64,000 bases of DNA from Gammaproteobacteria bacterium F7 (GCA_001593685.1 LUKI01000006.1:1085-65084), one strand, 5' to 3'; counted from the first letter of the stretch, positions 21,735-32,205 are shown. Program-made: numbers and translations. Notes: generated from the sequence alone by a model not told the origin.

Positions 21735-22328
21735 TTATTTTTTACTACCTGGAGATGTAATCGCTGCAGTGAGCGCCAACCGCATGGCGTCTGGTACGCT
21801 CATATCTAATTCTTGCAATCGAGACTCGGGCACAAATAATGTGTAGCCACCAATCTGATAACTCATTGGCAGGTACACAGCCACCAAATCACCTGTGACT
21901 GGTGGGGAAGTATTGGTGACAAAGCCAATCACTCGAAGGTCATTATCTAAGCGAACCAGTACCGCTTTTTGTAATTCGTCTTTGCTGCGTTCTGGAGATG
22001 CAAAGCGAGCAATATCGCGCACGCTATTATAAATAGTTTTTACCAGCGGTATTTTGCCAAGTAAGCGTTCCGCCCAACTACCCATTTTGCGAAATAAATA
22101 GGCGTTCATTAAGACGCCAATCAGGAAAATAAATATCAGCCCGGCGACTACACCTAAGCCGGGCCAATACCAGTCTTCAGGCAGCAGCCAACGAATAACC
22201 GATCCTAGCGTCTGTTCCGCAAAAGAAGCCAGCCAAAATAGCACTGCGATAGTGATAGCAATGGGAAGAATGGCGAGCAAGCCCTGCAAAAACAGGCGGC
22301 TAATTTTTTTCATTACGCTGCTGTCCAA
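21735..22328 (-). CDS. DUF502 family membrane protein
   Basis: FLQGLLAILPIAIT, KIPLVKTIY..VRD, IGFVT, AVYLPMSYQIGG. Confidence 0.85.
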   Translation of the reverse strand: MDSSVMKKISRLFLQGLLAILPIAITIAVLFWLASFAEQTLGSVIRWLLPEDWYWPGLGVVAGLIFIFLIGVLMNAYLFRKMGSWAERLLGKIPLVKTIYNSVRDIARFASPERSKDELQKAVLVRLDNDLRVIGFVTNTSPPVTGDLVAVYLPMSYQIGGYTLFVPESRLQELDMSVPDAMRLALTAAITSPGSKK

Positions 22329-22333
22329 GTGTT

Positions 22334-22915
22334 TTATCCTAAATTACTTTCAACAAACGACCAGTTAACCAGATGTTTAAGAAATGTATCAATATATTTA
22401 GGACGGTCGTTCTGGTAATCCAGGTAATAGGCGTGCTCCCAAACGTCAATTGTCAGTAGAGGTGTGACACCATCAGTTAGCGGTGTTTCTGCATTACCTG
22501 TTTTAACAACACGGAGTTTGTCTCCGTCCTTAACCAGCCAGGCCCAACCTGAACCAAACTGTGTCGCCGCAGCGTTGGAAAATTCTTCGTAAAACGTTTC
22601 CAGTGAGCCGAAACTTTTTTCGAGTGCTGATTTTAATGTGGCAGAGGGTGCGCCGCCACCGTTGGGGCACATGCAATCCCAGTAAAAACTATGGTTCCAG
22701 ACCTGTGCGGCAAGGTTAAAAACACCGGCCGAAGGCGGCGCCTTAATAATTTCCTCTAATGACTTCTCTGCATCGGCCGTGCCCTCCAGAGCATCCTTAA
22801 GCTTGTTCATGTAGCCTTGATGGTGTTTGCCATAATGGAATTGCAGAGTACTGGCACTGATGTGTGGTTCCAGGGCAGAGTCGTCATAGGGCAGGGGGGG
22901 TAATTTAAATTCCAT
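22334..22915 (-). CDS. sodB: Fe superoxide dismutase
   Basis: LPPLPY, HYGKHH, AAQVWNHSFYW (Fe-type Gln), FGSGWAWL, DVWEHAYY. Confidence 0.93.
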   Translation of the reverse strand: MEFKLPPLPYDDSALEPHISASTLQFHYGKHHQGYMNKLKDALEGTADAEKSLEEIIKAPPSAGVFNLAAQVWNHSFYWDCMCPNGGGAPSATLKSALEKSFGSLETFYEEFSNAAATQFGSGWAWLVKDGDKLRVVKTGNAETPLTDGVTPLLTIDVWEHAYYLDYQNDRPKYIDTFLKHLVNWSFVESNLG

Positions 22916-22917
22916 GG

Positions 22918-23916
22918 TTATTTCTCCTCATTGGTGACAGTATTTACTTTGATAGGATCTTTAAAAACTAATGTTCGATAGGGATAAGGTATTTCAATAT
23001 TCGCCTCATCGAGTGCGCGCTTGATGGCCGCGACCACCTCATTACGAGAGCTGCGCTGACCCAGTGGCGTGGAGTTTGCCCACCAGGTGACTTCAATATC
23101 AACGCTACTCGCGCCAAATTCGGCCATAAACACTTCAAGGGGCAAGTTTTTATCTATGCTCTGACAATCTTTTAGCGCCTTTTCGATAACCGGAATTGCT
23201 TGATCAACCTGCTCGTCGTAGGCAATACCAACGGTTAGCGTCATTCGACGAACCTGTTTGTTGGTTAGTACATAAACAGGGTTTTTAAACAAAAATGAAT
23301 TAGGTACCACAATTAATTCGCCAGTCACTTGGCGAATTTGCGTCATACGGACACTGATATCTTCGACTCGGCCCTCAAGGTCTTGGCAGCAAATAAAGTC
23401 GCCGTTTTCGAAGGGGAACTTCCACAGTAACAATATACCGGCAAAGAAGTTCTCAAACATGTCTCGAAATGCAAAGCCGATTGCGACCGAAAGAACGCCC
23501 ACACCGCCAAGCGCGCGTGTTGGGGTTAGGCCGGGAAATATCAGCATGGCTGTTAAGAGTAAGCCAAGCAACCAGGTGGTAATCACGGCAAGACGTTGAA
23601 CAAGGTCCTGTAAGGAAAGTCTCAACGAAGCTCTTTTAGCCAGATTTTTAAAAAAACGCCCAATTAAATTAGCAATAACGGCAGTAAAAATAAGGACTAG
23701 CAGTCCGGCAAACAAGAAGGGCGTATGATCAATAAAATTACCCCAGATCTCGAGAAGTGTTTTCTGGAGGGTTTCTACAATGCCATCAACAGTTGTCAAT
23801 GTTGCTTTGTCGATACTTATTGTTTCAGGACCTTTTTCTTCCTGAGCCAGAGTTGAGCCGCTAAGTACGGCAAACAAAACTCCGTTGATCAGTCCGAAAC
23901 AGGTATGACGCCGCAT
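22918..23916 (-). CDS. Small-conductance mechanosensitive channel (MscS family)
   Basis: AIGFAFRDMFENFFAG, PFENGD, VPNS, VGIAYD, IEIPYP. Confidence 0.88.
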   Translation of the reverse strand: MRRHTCFGLINGVLFAVLSGSTLAQEEKGPETISIDKATLTTVDGIVETLQKTLLEIWGNFIDHTPFLFAGLLVLIFTAVIANLIGRFFKNLAKRASLRLSLQDLVQRLAVITTWLLGLLLTAMLIFPGLTPTRALGGVGVLSVAIGFAFRDMFENFFAGILLLWKFPFENGDFICCQDLEGRVEDISVRMTQIRQVTGELIVVPNSFLFKNPVYVLTNKQVRRMTLTVGIAYDEQVDQAIPVIEKALKDCQSIDKNLPLEVFMAEFGASSVDIEVTWWANSTPLGQRSSRNEVVAAIKRALDEANIEIPYPYRTLVFKDPIKVNTVTNEEK

Positions 23917-24163
23917 ATTTAGTTACCTCCTTTTGCGCTATTAAACGGCCATACAGGCAGTTTAGTTCGGCTCGGCAACATCCTAAGTTGCCGGTAACCA
24001 TTGAGCCTGAAATATTTCAGCTTGTCTGTGTTTAGCTATGCTACAGACTAAAATGCTGACTGTTAAGGTTTGCTCAACTAAGTAAACCCAGCGTGGTTAT
24101 TGAGCTGACACTCCTATAAAGTGGTGACGAGTAAGCGTTAATTCAACATCACAGGCTTATTTT

Positions 24164-25501
24164 ATGCTCAAACATATCGGGCTAGTCCTTAAATCAGCTA
24201 TCAATAGTTTCTGGTTGTTACCTCTCTGGTTATCTTTTTTTGCACTCTTTCTTTTTGCTGCGACCTACTTTGTTGATATGCGATATTTAGGAAACTTCTT
24301 TGAGAGTTATCCGCCACCCCTATCAATAGGCCCGAGTGGAGCGCGGCAGCTGCTGGCCACAATTGCCGGCTCCTTGATTACTGTCGCAAGCCTTGTTTTT
24401 TCTATGACCCTTATCGCCTTAACTGTTGCTGCAGGTAACATTGGCGCACGCCTTTTGTTGCGATATATGCAAAACCGCAGTATCCAAGTCACTCTGGGAG
24501 TCTTTTTAGCCGGATTTATTTATGCGCTACTAACACTTTCAGCCACGGGGAATGAAGCAAGTGATGTGCCTCGGTTATCCATTTTTACCGCGATGACAAT
24601 TGCGGTGCTTTGTTTTGTCTGGCTGGTATTTGCTTTTCATGATTTAGCTAAATCAATTCAGGTTGATCAAGCTATTGCTGAGCTGTCTTCGTCGCTGTGC
24701 TCGGCGTTGAAAAATTTACTGAAAAACTGTGATCAGGCAGAGGCCGTGGATCATGAATTAGAGCTTCCTGGTAAAGAGGAGGGTATTCCAGTTCGGGAAA
24801 TTTATGTCGACAGAGGGGGATATGTTATTTCAATCAACAGAGCCGCTTTGTTGGAGATGGCCGAAAAAAAAGACCTCGTTGTACGAGTGCAGTTAAAACT
24901 GGGCTCTTTCGCTTTACCTGGTGAATTAATTGCTGAAATCGTGTGCTTGAGCCAGGGGGTAGATGAGGAAAGTGTTTCGAAGTGGGAAGATGAAATTCGT
25001 AGTTGCATCATTTTTTCTTCGAGCCGTAACGACCTTGATGATCCTTTCTTTTGCTTGCGGCTGCTCAATGAGATTGCTGCGCGAGCGATGTCTCCAAGTC
25101 TCAATGATATTTATACGGCTGTTGCCTGTGTTGATCATGTTTGCCTGGGGGTTGAGTATATACTTGAAAATGGTCTGCCTCGTAATGGTTGGAAAGATTC
25201 ATCCGGGCAGCTTCGAATCGTTTTTTCCCCTTATTTCTTTGATGATTTTGTTTATGCTGCTTTTGACCAAATTCGTCATGCCGGTATGGGCTCGCCGACG
25301 TTAACTTTCCGGCTCTTGGATCGTCTTAATCGCCTTAGCCAACTGGCAAAATCAGATCATCAAACTAAATGTATCGACCGCTATATTGAGCGGGTTTATT
25401 CATCGGCACGAGAAATCTTTTCAACACAGGCCGATTTAGAACTGCTTGAACAAGCCTATGAGGGCGCGAAAAAGAAAAACTATTATTTTCAAGATATCTG
25501 A
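24164..25501 (+). CDS. DUF2254 family membrane protein
   Basis: SFWLLP, ARQLLATIAGSLIT, FSMT, LNEIAARAMSPSLND..TA. Confidence 0.82.
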   Translation: MLKHIGLVLKSAINSFWLLPLWLSFFALFLFAATYFVDMRYLGNFFESYPPPLSIGPSGARQLLATIAGSLITVASLVFSMTLIALTVAAGNIGARLLLRYMQNRSIQVTLGVFLAGFIYALLTLSATGNEASDVPRLSIFTAMTIAVLCFVWLVFAFHDLAKSIQVDQAIAELSSSLCSALKNLLKNCDQAEAVDHELELPGKEEGIPVREIYVDRGGYVISINRAALLEMAEKKDLVVRVQLKLGSFALPGELIAEIVCLSQGVDEESVSKWEDEIRSCIIFSSSRNDLDDPFFCLRLLNEIAARAMSPSLNDIYTAVACVDHVCLGVEYILENGLPRNGWKDSSGQLRIVFSPYFFDDFVYAAFDQIRHAGMGSPTLTFRLLDRLNRLSQLAKSDHQTKCIDRYIERVYSSAREIFSTQADLELLEQAYEGAKKKNYYFQDI

Positions 25502-25681
25502 TTGAACATCGTTTAGTGGCTGCTGTCCCATCGGGCGGGCAATATACTTTAAAACAAAACCCTATAGGGAAGTCGCTATGTTTTAGTTTCCGTTTCCGTT
25601 AGCGACAGAATTAGTTTTATAAATTAATTACTTTATTAGGTTTTGTTTTTAACCCATTGATTTAAATAAAAGGAGTTCGTT

Positions 25682-25948
25682 ATGTATAAAGCTTTATTAC
25701 CCCTCATACTGGCAGGTTTATTGGTTGGCTGTGAAAAAGAAGGCCCAATGGAGCAGGCCGGCGAAGAAATGGATAATGCTATTGAGCAGGTTCAGGATAA
25801 CGGTGAGGATTTGGGTGATAAGATTCAAGATGCCAGTGAGGAGCTTGGAGATAATCTGACAGAAGCGGGCACTGATATGGGTAATAAGATAGAAGATGCC
25901 TGTGAAAAAATGAAACAAGAAGCAGGCGCTGCTGATACTGACTGTTAA
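25682..25948 (+). CDS. Small acidic helical lipoprotein (YtxH/general-stress-like)
   Basis: AAGGAG RBS; lipobox LLVG-C; EGPMEQAGEEMD and 11-residue acidic repeats; ends IEDACE...DC. Confidence 0.75.
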   Translation: MYKALLPLILAGLLVGCEKEGPMEQAGEEMDNAIEQVQDNGEDLGDKIQDASEELGDNLTEAGTDMGNKIEDACEKMKQEAGAADTDC

Positions 25949-26455
25949 TTAAGCAACTCAAGTCTTTTTGCTGGCGCTGCCTATTGACTGGAACCGGGAG
26001 TGTTTTCCTGTTCTACAGGTTTACCAGCTTCCCCTTTAGTTGCTGTCGTGACTGGGGAGTTCTGGCCTGGTCAATTGGCAGCGCTTTGAGGTTGCCTTGG
26101 TTTTATTATTATCAACAATAACTTTAGAGCTGGTTTAAAGGCTAAATTAATGGTCGATATTGACGGGCATGGACGTAAGAAAGGCTGAATAACTTAAACG
26201 ACCAAGTAAACTGGAAAGCATATAACGACGTAACATAGCGATCAAAAGTTACGGAAAAAAATTACTTTCAACTAAATTTTACCTCTAAAACACAGTTTAT
26301 TTATTTTCAACAAAATAAAGATTCAGCCATAACGGAAATAGAGCGAACCGAGAGCAGCGGCGACTCCGTCCAGGCAGCTTTCGGCGCGACTCGCAGGTTT
26401 GTTAATTTCCGGGCAGTTTATTGTCACAGCTCAAATGACGGACAAGGAAAATCTA

Positions 26456-26611
26456 ATGCTCAATGATTCAAAAGAGCGCTATGGAAGTTTGAGTAAAGCC
26501 TTTCACTCACCGCTGGCCTGGGCATTGGCGGCCCTCACTGTCGGGCATATCGTTATTTCTCTGTTACCCCACTTTATGCGGCGCGATGATACGCTTCGGC
26601 GGATGTTATAA
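26456..26611 (+). pseudogene. Internally deleted cytochrome b561 (YceJ/CybB-like) remnant
   Basis: AAGGA RBS; MLNDSKERYGSLSKAFH (family N-terminus) joined directly to LAWALAALTVGHI..HFMRRDDTLRRML (family C-terminus). Confidence 0.7.
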
Positions 26612-26614
26612 CAC

Positions 26615-28015
26615 ATGAGAGCATCATTATTTTTAACTGCTTGCTCGACGCTGTTGTTGGCAACAGGTTGTGCTCTGCACAACGTCAATAGTGACATTAT
26701 GCCTGCGGCATCGGTACAGGCAGGCTACCCAGCGCTTGAAGCTATTACCGGTCGCACTGAAACCGAAGACATTCAAACCGGGAGGGCTTGGTGGCTGGAG
26801 CTGAACAGGCCCGCATTGAATGCTCTGATAGTGCAATCTTTCAAAGGCAATCAGGATATCGCTGCCGCTGTTTCCAGTATCAGACAGGCACGAGCGCTTC
26901 AGGTGCAAACGCGCTCCGAGTTGTTCCCGAAGGTTAATGCTGAGGGTCGCATTAGCGACAGCCGTGAGGGTAGTGACGATCAGCACAGTACGCGCGAAAT
27001 CGGTGTGACGTTAAGCTGGGAAATCGATCTGTTTGACCGTATCGACGCCGCGGCACGGGCGGATGAGCTGGAGACTATTGCCCGCGAAGAAAATTTAAAT
27101 GCCTTGAGGTTAAGTTTAAGTGCCGAGATTGCCAATGCCTATGTCGGTGCCATTGCAGCCAGTAACAAACTGCAGCTGCTGAATAAACAGCTGGAAACGG
27201 ATCAAGAGCTATTGACGCTGATCGAACTCAGGTATGAAAGTGGAGTCGGCACGATCGTCGAGGTGCTGCAACAGAAAAGTCAGGTGGCAGAAAGCAAAAG
27301 CTTGATTCCGCCTGCTGAAGCTGATTGGCGGGTGTATGAGAATCGGCTGGACGTGCTGACAGGCAAATCGCCCGATGGACACAACCGCATCATCCCCAAG
27401 GAAGATCTGAGTTTTGTGTCGGGGTTACCCAAAATCGGCGTGCCGGCCGACCTGCTTATGAACCGCCCGGATTTGCGAGCTGCGCGGGCTGAATTAGTGG
27501 CGGCGGATATGGATATTGGCGCGGCAATTGCCGAAAGATTGCCGAAAATTACATTATCCGGCAGCTACCTATATTCTGACACGCCGACATTTTCCGGCCC
27601 TGTGGGCACTGTTGTCAGTGCTTTCGTCCAACCTTTGCTGGACTGGGGAGAACGCAAGGCCGAAGTTGAACGCAATAGGGCGCTTTATAGCGAACGCCTG
27701 GCTATGTTTACACAGCTGTTTCTGGAAGCCACTGAAGAGGTTGAGAATGCGCTATACCAGGAACAGAAACAGCGTGAATATATTACGCTCCTGGATCAGC
27801 GCCGCATCATTTTGCAACACACGGTTGAAGAAACAGAGGCGCTCTACAAACAGGGGGTTGATGATTACCTGCCGGTGCTGAACGCGCTACAGGAGCTTCG
27901 AGGCGTCGAGCGTGACCTGGTAACAGAACGGCTGAATCTCATTAACTTCCGAATAGCACTGCATAAATCGATTGGCGGATCAATTCAGCGCCAACCACAA
28001 GTAAATCAAGGCTGA
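26615..28015 (+). CDS. RND efflux outer-membrane factor (NodT/TolC family lipoprotein)
   Basis: Lipobox LATG-C, WW, SWEIDLF, PADLLMNRPD..AA, two OEP repeats. Confidence 0.9.
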   Translation: MRASLFLTACSTLLLATGCALHNVNSDIMPAASVQAGYPALEAITGRTETEDIQTGRAWWLELNRPALNALIVQSFKGNQDIAAAVSSIRQARALQVQTRSELFPKVNAEGRISDSREGSDDQHSTREIGVTLSWEIDLFDRIDAAARADELETIAREENLNALRLSLSAEIANAYVGAIAASNKLQLLNKQLETDQELLTLIELRYESGVGTIVEVLQQKSQVAESKSLIPPAEADWRVYENRLDVLTGKSPDGHNRIIPKEDLSFVSGLPKIGVPADLLMNRPDLRAARAELVAADMDIGAAIAERLPKITLSGSYLYSDTPTFSGPVGTVVSAFVQPLLDWGERKAEVERNRALYSERLAMFTQLFLEATEEVENALYQEQKQREYITLLDQRRIILQHTVEETEALYKQGVDDYLPVLNALQELRGVERDLVTERLNLINFRIALHKSIGGSIQRQPQVNQG

Positions 28016-28021
28016 AACCTT

Positions 28022-29101
28022 ATGAGAATATACCCGTTATTGATTGCCGCAGTATTGATTATTTCTAGCCCCGTTATTGCTCAGCAATCGGCCATCCCGG
28101 TGTTTGTGGCGGATGTCGAACTACTGGATTTTGTCGATGAAATAGAAGCCCTGGGGACCTTAAAAGCTAATGAGAATGTTGATTTAACCTCATCGGTAAC
28201 GGAACGGATAACAGCTATTAACTTTGAAAGCGGTCAACGTGTGAAACAGAACGATATTCTGATCGAGATGGATGCCGCTGAAGAAGCTGCGCTGCTTGCT
28301 GAAGAAAAGTTTGTGGTTCAAGAGGCGCAAAGGCAGCTGGATCGCCTCAAGCCTCTTATAGAGCGAGGCGCGACGTCGCAATCAACCATTGGCGAAGCGA
28401 TAGTCGAACTCCAGACCGCCAAGGCGCGCATTGCGGCGATTGAGTCGCAAATCCAGGAACGCCGGATCATGGCGCCTTTTGATGGGAAACTGGGACTGCG
28501 CAACGTCAGTGTCGGTGTCATGGCTCAGCCAGGTACGCTCATCACCACGATTGACGATGATAGCGTGATGAAGCTGGACTTCTCGATCCCCGAAGTATAT
28601 CTGCCCGTCATTCAGAAAGGCGGGAAAATTACTGCCAGGGCGAAGGCGTTTCCTAACGAGATCTTCGCGGGCACAGTGGCAAGCATCGATAGCCGAGTGG
28701 ATCCGGTCTCTCGCTCAATCTCGGTGCGCGCACTGCTGGATAATGCGGGTTACCGGCTACGCCCTGGCATGCTGATGCGCGTCAAATTGCAGAAAAACCC
28801 AAGAAAGGCGCTGGTGATTCCAGAAGAGGCGTTGGTCCCGAAAGGGAAAAACAATTATGTCTACGTGATTTCCACCAACGAACAAGCAACAACGGTCTCA
28901 CTGGAGCCTGTGGAACTGGGATCGCGCCATGAAGGTAAAGTCGAAATTTTACGTGGCCTGGCAGCGGGCGATCAAATCGTTACGCATGGCACGCTGCGCC
29001 TGCAAGATGGCGCTACCGTAAGCATTAAAGCGCTGGATAACGGCAACCCAAGCCTTGAAGAGATGTTGGAGCAGGATCTTAATAACGGTAAATCCTTATG
29101 A
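28022..29101 (+). CDS. RND efflux periplasmic adaptor (MFP)
   Basis: ALGTLKANE, GQRV, IMAPFDG, DFSIPE, LRPGM, IPEEA, GDQIV. Confidence 0.92.
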   Translation: MRIYPLLIAAVLIISSPVIAQQSAIPVFVADVELLDFVDEIEALGTLKANENVDLTSSVTERITAINFESGQRVKQNDILIEMDAAEEAALLAEEKFVVQEAQRQLDRLKPLIERGATSQSTIGEAIVELQTAKARIAAIESQIQERRIMAPFDGKLGLRNVSVGVMAQPGTLITTIDDDSVMKLDFSIPEVYLPVIQKGGKITARAKAFPNEIFAGTVASIDSRVDPVSRSISVRALLDNAGYRLRPGMLMRVKLQKNPRKALVIPEEALVPKGKNNYVYVISTNEQATTVSLEPVELGSRHEGKVEILRGLAAGDQIVTHGTLRLQDGATVSIKALDNGNPSLEEMLEQDLNNGKSL

Positions 29102-32100
29102 TTTTATCGGACATCTCGGTTAAACGGCCTGTTTTTGCCAGTGTTATTTCGCTCCTGCTGATTGCCTTTGGACTGGTTTCATATGACCGGCTTTCTTTGA
29201 GGGAATATCCTGATATTGATCCGCCCGTCGTCACGGTGGAAGTGGAGTATCCAGGTGCACCTGCCAATATTATCGAAACACGGGTTACGGAAATCATCGA
29301 AGAACGCATCGCCGGTATCGAGGGTATTGAGTTCATTGAGTCGTCTTCAGAAGATGGCGTGTCCAAGGTAACCATCGAGTTTTCTGTCGACCGCGATATT
29401 GATGCGGCCGCCAATGACGTGCGTGATCGCATTTCTGGGGTCGCCGATAACCTGCCCGACGAAGCGGAACCTGCAGAAGTGCAAAAGGTGGACAGTAACG
29501 ACGATGTCATTATCTGGCAGAACCTTGCCGGCGATAATATGAGTGTTCCGGAGCTCACTGACTATGCGGAACGTTACCTCGTTGACCAATACTCCACACT
29601 GGATGGTGTCGCTCGGGTGCGCGTGGGCGGTGGCCTGAATTACGCAATGCGTGTTTGGCTGGAACGCCAGGAACTGGCCGCCCGAAATTTGAGTGTCTCG
29701 GATATCGAAAACGCTCTGCGATCAGAAAATATCGAGCTGCCGGCTGGCTCACTGGAGTCCGATCAGCGCTTGTTCAAGGCGCGTGTCGCCCGTAATTTCA
29801 AAACCCCGGATGATTTTAAACAACTGGTGATCGGTGAAGGCGATGACGGTTATTTGATTCGTCTGGGTGACGTTGCCCGCGTGGAACTCGGTGTTGTCGA
29901 GGACAGAACGATATTCCGTGGAAACAGGGTACCTATGGTTGGCATCGGCATCATCAAACAATCGACGGCGAATACCATCGATGTCGCCAATGCAACCATT
30001 GCCTTGACCGACAAGGTTAACAAAAACCTGCCGGACGGAATGCAGATTTATCAAAGCTACAACTCGGCGGTATTTATCGAAGCCTCTATCAAAGAAGTTT
30101 TTACCACGCTGTTTATTGCCATTGGATGTGTTGTGCTGGTCATTTATCTGTTTCTGGGGAACGTACGCGCCATGCTAATTCCTGCAGTGACCGTGCCCGT
30201 ATCGCTGATCGCGACCTTTATTGTCATGTATGCCTTCGGTTTTTCTGTCAATCTGCTGACCTTGCTGGCCCTTGTTCTGGCGATAGGCATGGTGGTGGAC
30301 GATGCCATTGTCATGCTTGAAAACATTGTTCGCCGTATGCAGGACTATGGTGAAAGGCCGCTTATCGCTGCTTTTAATGGGGCGCGTCAGGTCGGTTTTG
30401 CCGTTGTTGCAACCACACTGGTGCTGATGGCTGTGTTTATACCTATTACCTTCCTTGAGGGGGACCTGGGTCAGTTATTTACTGAATTTGCCATCACCAT
30501 CGCCGCGGCGGTGGGCTTTTCATCTCTGGTTGCGTTAACACTTTGCCCGATGATGGCATCGAAGCTATTAAAGACGAAGTCCCAGGGCCCCAACAAGGCG
30601 GTTAAATTTGTCGATAGGGGAATAAGGCGATTACGCAAGGCCTACGTGTCTGCCTTAACACGCATTCTGAAGCTGCCCGCGCTTGTCATTCTCGTTTTCA
30701 GTGTGCTGGTCGGTTCTTTGTATTTTATCTACCAACAAATTCCCGCTGAATTTGTACCTAAAGAAGACCGCGGGGCCTTCTTTGTTGCGGTCACGGGCCC
30801 TGAAGGCGCAAGCTATGATTACATGGAAGAATACATGGATGAAATCGAAAAGCGTATGATGAAATCTGTTGACGCAGGCATTATCGACCGACTGCTGATA
30901 CGCGCGCCTATGGGGTTTGGCACGATTGAGAATTTCAATGGCGGTTTCGTTATTGCAATTCTGGAAGACTGGTCAGCGCGTAAATCGGCCTTCGATATTA
31001 TGAATGATATCAGAACCGATCTTTCGGACCTCCCGGGTGTACGTGCCTTTCCCATCATGCGACAGGGCTTAGGCGGGGGAACCGGTAAGCCGGTTCAATT
31101 TGTGCTCAGTGGTTCGACATATGAAACGCTTGCCGAATGGCGCGATATCGTCATTCACAAAGTCAATGAAAACAACCCAGGGATTGAAGGCCTGGATAGT
31201 GACTACAAGGAAACACGGCCTCAAATCGACTTCTTGGTGGATTATGAGCGGGCTGCGGATCTTGGTGTTACCGTCGCAGAAATAGGTACAACCCTTGAAA
31301 CCATGATGGGCGGCAAGAATGTCACTACCTTCCTCGATGACGGCGAAGAATACGATGTCATCGTTGAAGGAGAGCGCAGTGAACAGCGCTCGTTCAATGA
31401 CGTGAACAATATTTATGTTCGTTCCAATCGCACCGGGGAGCTGATACCTATTTCCAATATGGTCGAGATACAGGAATATGGTGCCGCGCAAATACTTTCG
31501 CGCTACAACCGTATTCGATCCGTTACTTTAGAAGCTAATTTACGGGACGGCTACACACTCGGCGAGGCGCTGGGTTATCTCGAAACCGTCGTACGCGACA
31601 ACCTTCCTTCTGAAGCGATCATCGATTACAAAGGCCAAAGTCGAGATTTTATCAACTCGGGCAGCTCCATGATGTTCGTATTTTTGCTTGGTCTGGTTGT
31701 TGTTTTTCTGGTGCTATCAGCACAGTTTGAGAGCTGGATACACCCATTCGTCATCATGCTGACAGTCCCCCTGGCGATGGGCGGCGGCTTACTTGGTCTG
31801 TGGATTACAGGGGGGTCGTTGAATATTTATTCGCAAATAGGGCTGATCATGCTTGTTGGATTGGCGTCGAAAAATGGTATTCTGATTGTCGAGTTTGCCA
31901 ACCAGCTACGTGATGAAGGGGTACGCTTTAATCGTGCTATTCTGGAAGCTTCGGAAAAACGTTTCCGCCCGATTATAATGACCGGCCTCACGACCGTTGC
32001 CGGGTCGCTGCCGCTTGTTTTGGCTAGTGGTGCTGGCGCGGAAACACGCATCACCATCGGTGTTGTTGTCTTGGCAGGGGTATTACTGGCAACCTTTTTT

Positions 32101-32205
32101 ACACTATTTATTGTGCCTGTCGCCTACAGCTTGATTGCGCGCAAGACCGGCTCCCCCAACGATGTTGCAAAGGCTCTTGAACAACAAATGCCTCAGATAA
32201 AATAG
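29098..32205 (+). CDS. RND efflux permease (AcrB/MexW-like, HAE1)
   Basis: 1035 aa; KRPVFA, VDDAIVMLEN (TM4), KNGILIVEFA, RFRPIIMT; ATGA overlap with the MFP gene. Confidence 0.95.
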   Translation: MILSDISVKRPVFASVISLLLIAFGLVSYDRLSLREYPDIDPPVVTVEVEYPGAPANIIETRVTEIIEERIAGIEGIEFIESSSEDGVSKVTIEFSVDRDIDAAANDVRDRISGVADNLPDEAEPAEVQKVDSNDDVIIWQNLAGDNMSVPELTDYAERYLVDQYSTLDGVARVRVGGGLNYAMRVWLERQELAARNLSVSDIENALRSENIELPAGSLESDQRLFKARVARNFKTPDDFKQLVIGEGDDGYLIRLGDVARVELGVVEDRTIFRGNRVPMVGIGIIKQSTANTIDVANATIALTDKVNKNLPDGMQIYQSYNSAVFIEASIKEVFTTLFIAIGCVVLVIYLFLGNVRAMLIPAVTVPVSLIATFIVMYAFGFSVNLLTLLALVLAIGMVVDDAIVMLENIVRRMQDYGERPLIAAFNGARQVGFAVVATTLVLMAVFIPITFLEGDLGQLFTEFAITIAAAVGFSSLVALTLCPMMASKLLKTKSQGPNKAVKFVDRGIRRLRKAYVSALTRILKLPALVILVFSVLVGSLYFIYQQIPAEFVPKEDRGAFFVAVTGPEGASYDYMEEYMDEIEKRMMKSVDAGIIDRLLIRAPMGFGTIENFNGGFVIAILEDWSARKSAFDIMNDIRTDLSDLPGVRAFPIMRQGLGGGTGKPVQFVLSGSTYETLAEWRDIVIHKVNENNPGIEGLDSDYKETRPQIDFLVDYERAADLGVTVAEIGTTLETMMGGKNVTTFLDDGEEYDVIVEGERSEQRSFNDVNNIYVRSNRTGELIPISNMVEIQEYGAAQILSRYNRIRSVTLEANLRDGYTLGEALGYLETVVRDNLPSEAIIDYKGQSRDFINSGSSMMFVFLLGLVVVFLVLSAQFESWIHPFVIMLTVPLAMGGGLLGLWITGGSLNIYSQIGLIMLVGLASKNGILIVEFANQLRDEGVRFNRAILEASEKRFRPIIMTGLTTVAGSLPLVLASGAGAETRITIGVVVLAGVLLATFFTLFIVPVAYSLIARKTGSPNDVAKALEQQMPQIK

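Noticed and set aside
25951-26100. Integron attC site or c-di-GMP-I riboswitch
   Set aside because: No RYYYAAC/GTTRRRY boxes. GGTAAACC on the minus strand is not followed by the GNRA loop and GGGACGCAAAGC-like core
26615-32205. RND operon as a compositionally foreign island
   Set aside because: By eye, GC is not clearly different from housekeeping genes such as purB, and no integrase, IS or target duplication was seen
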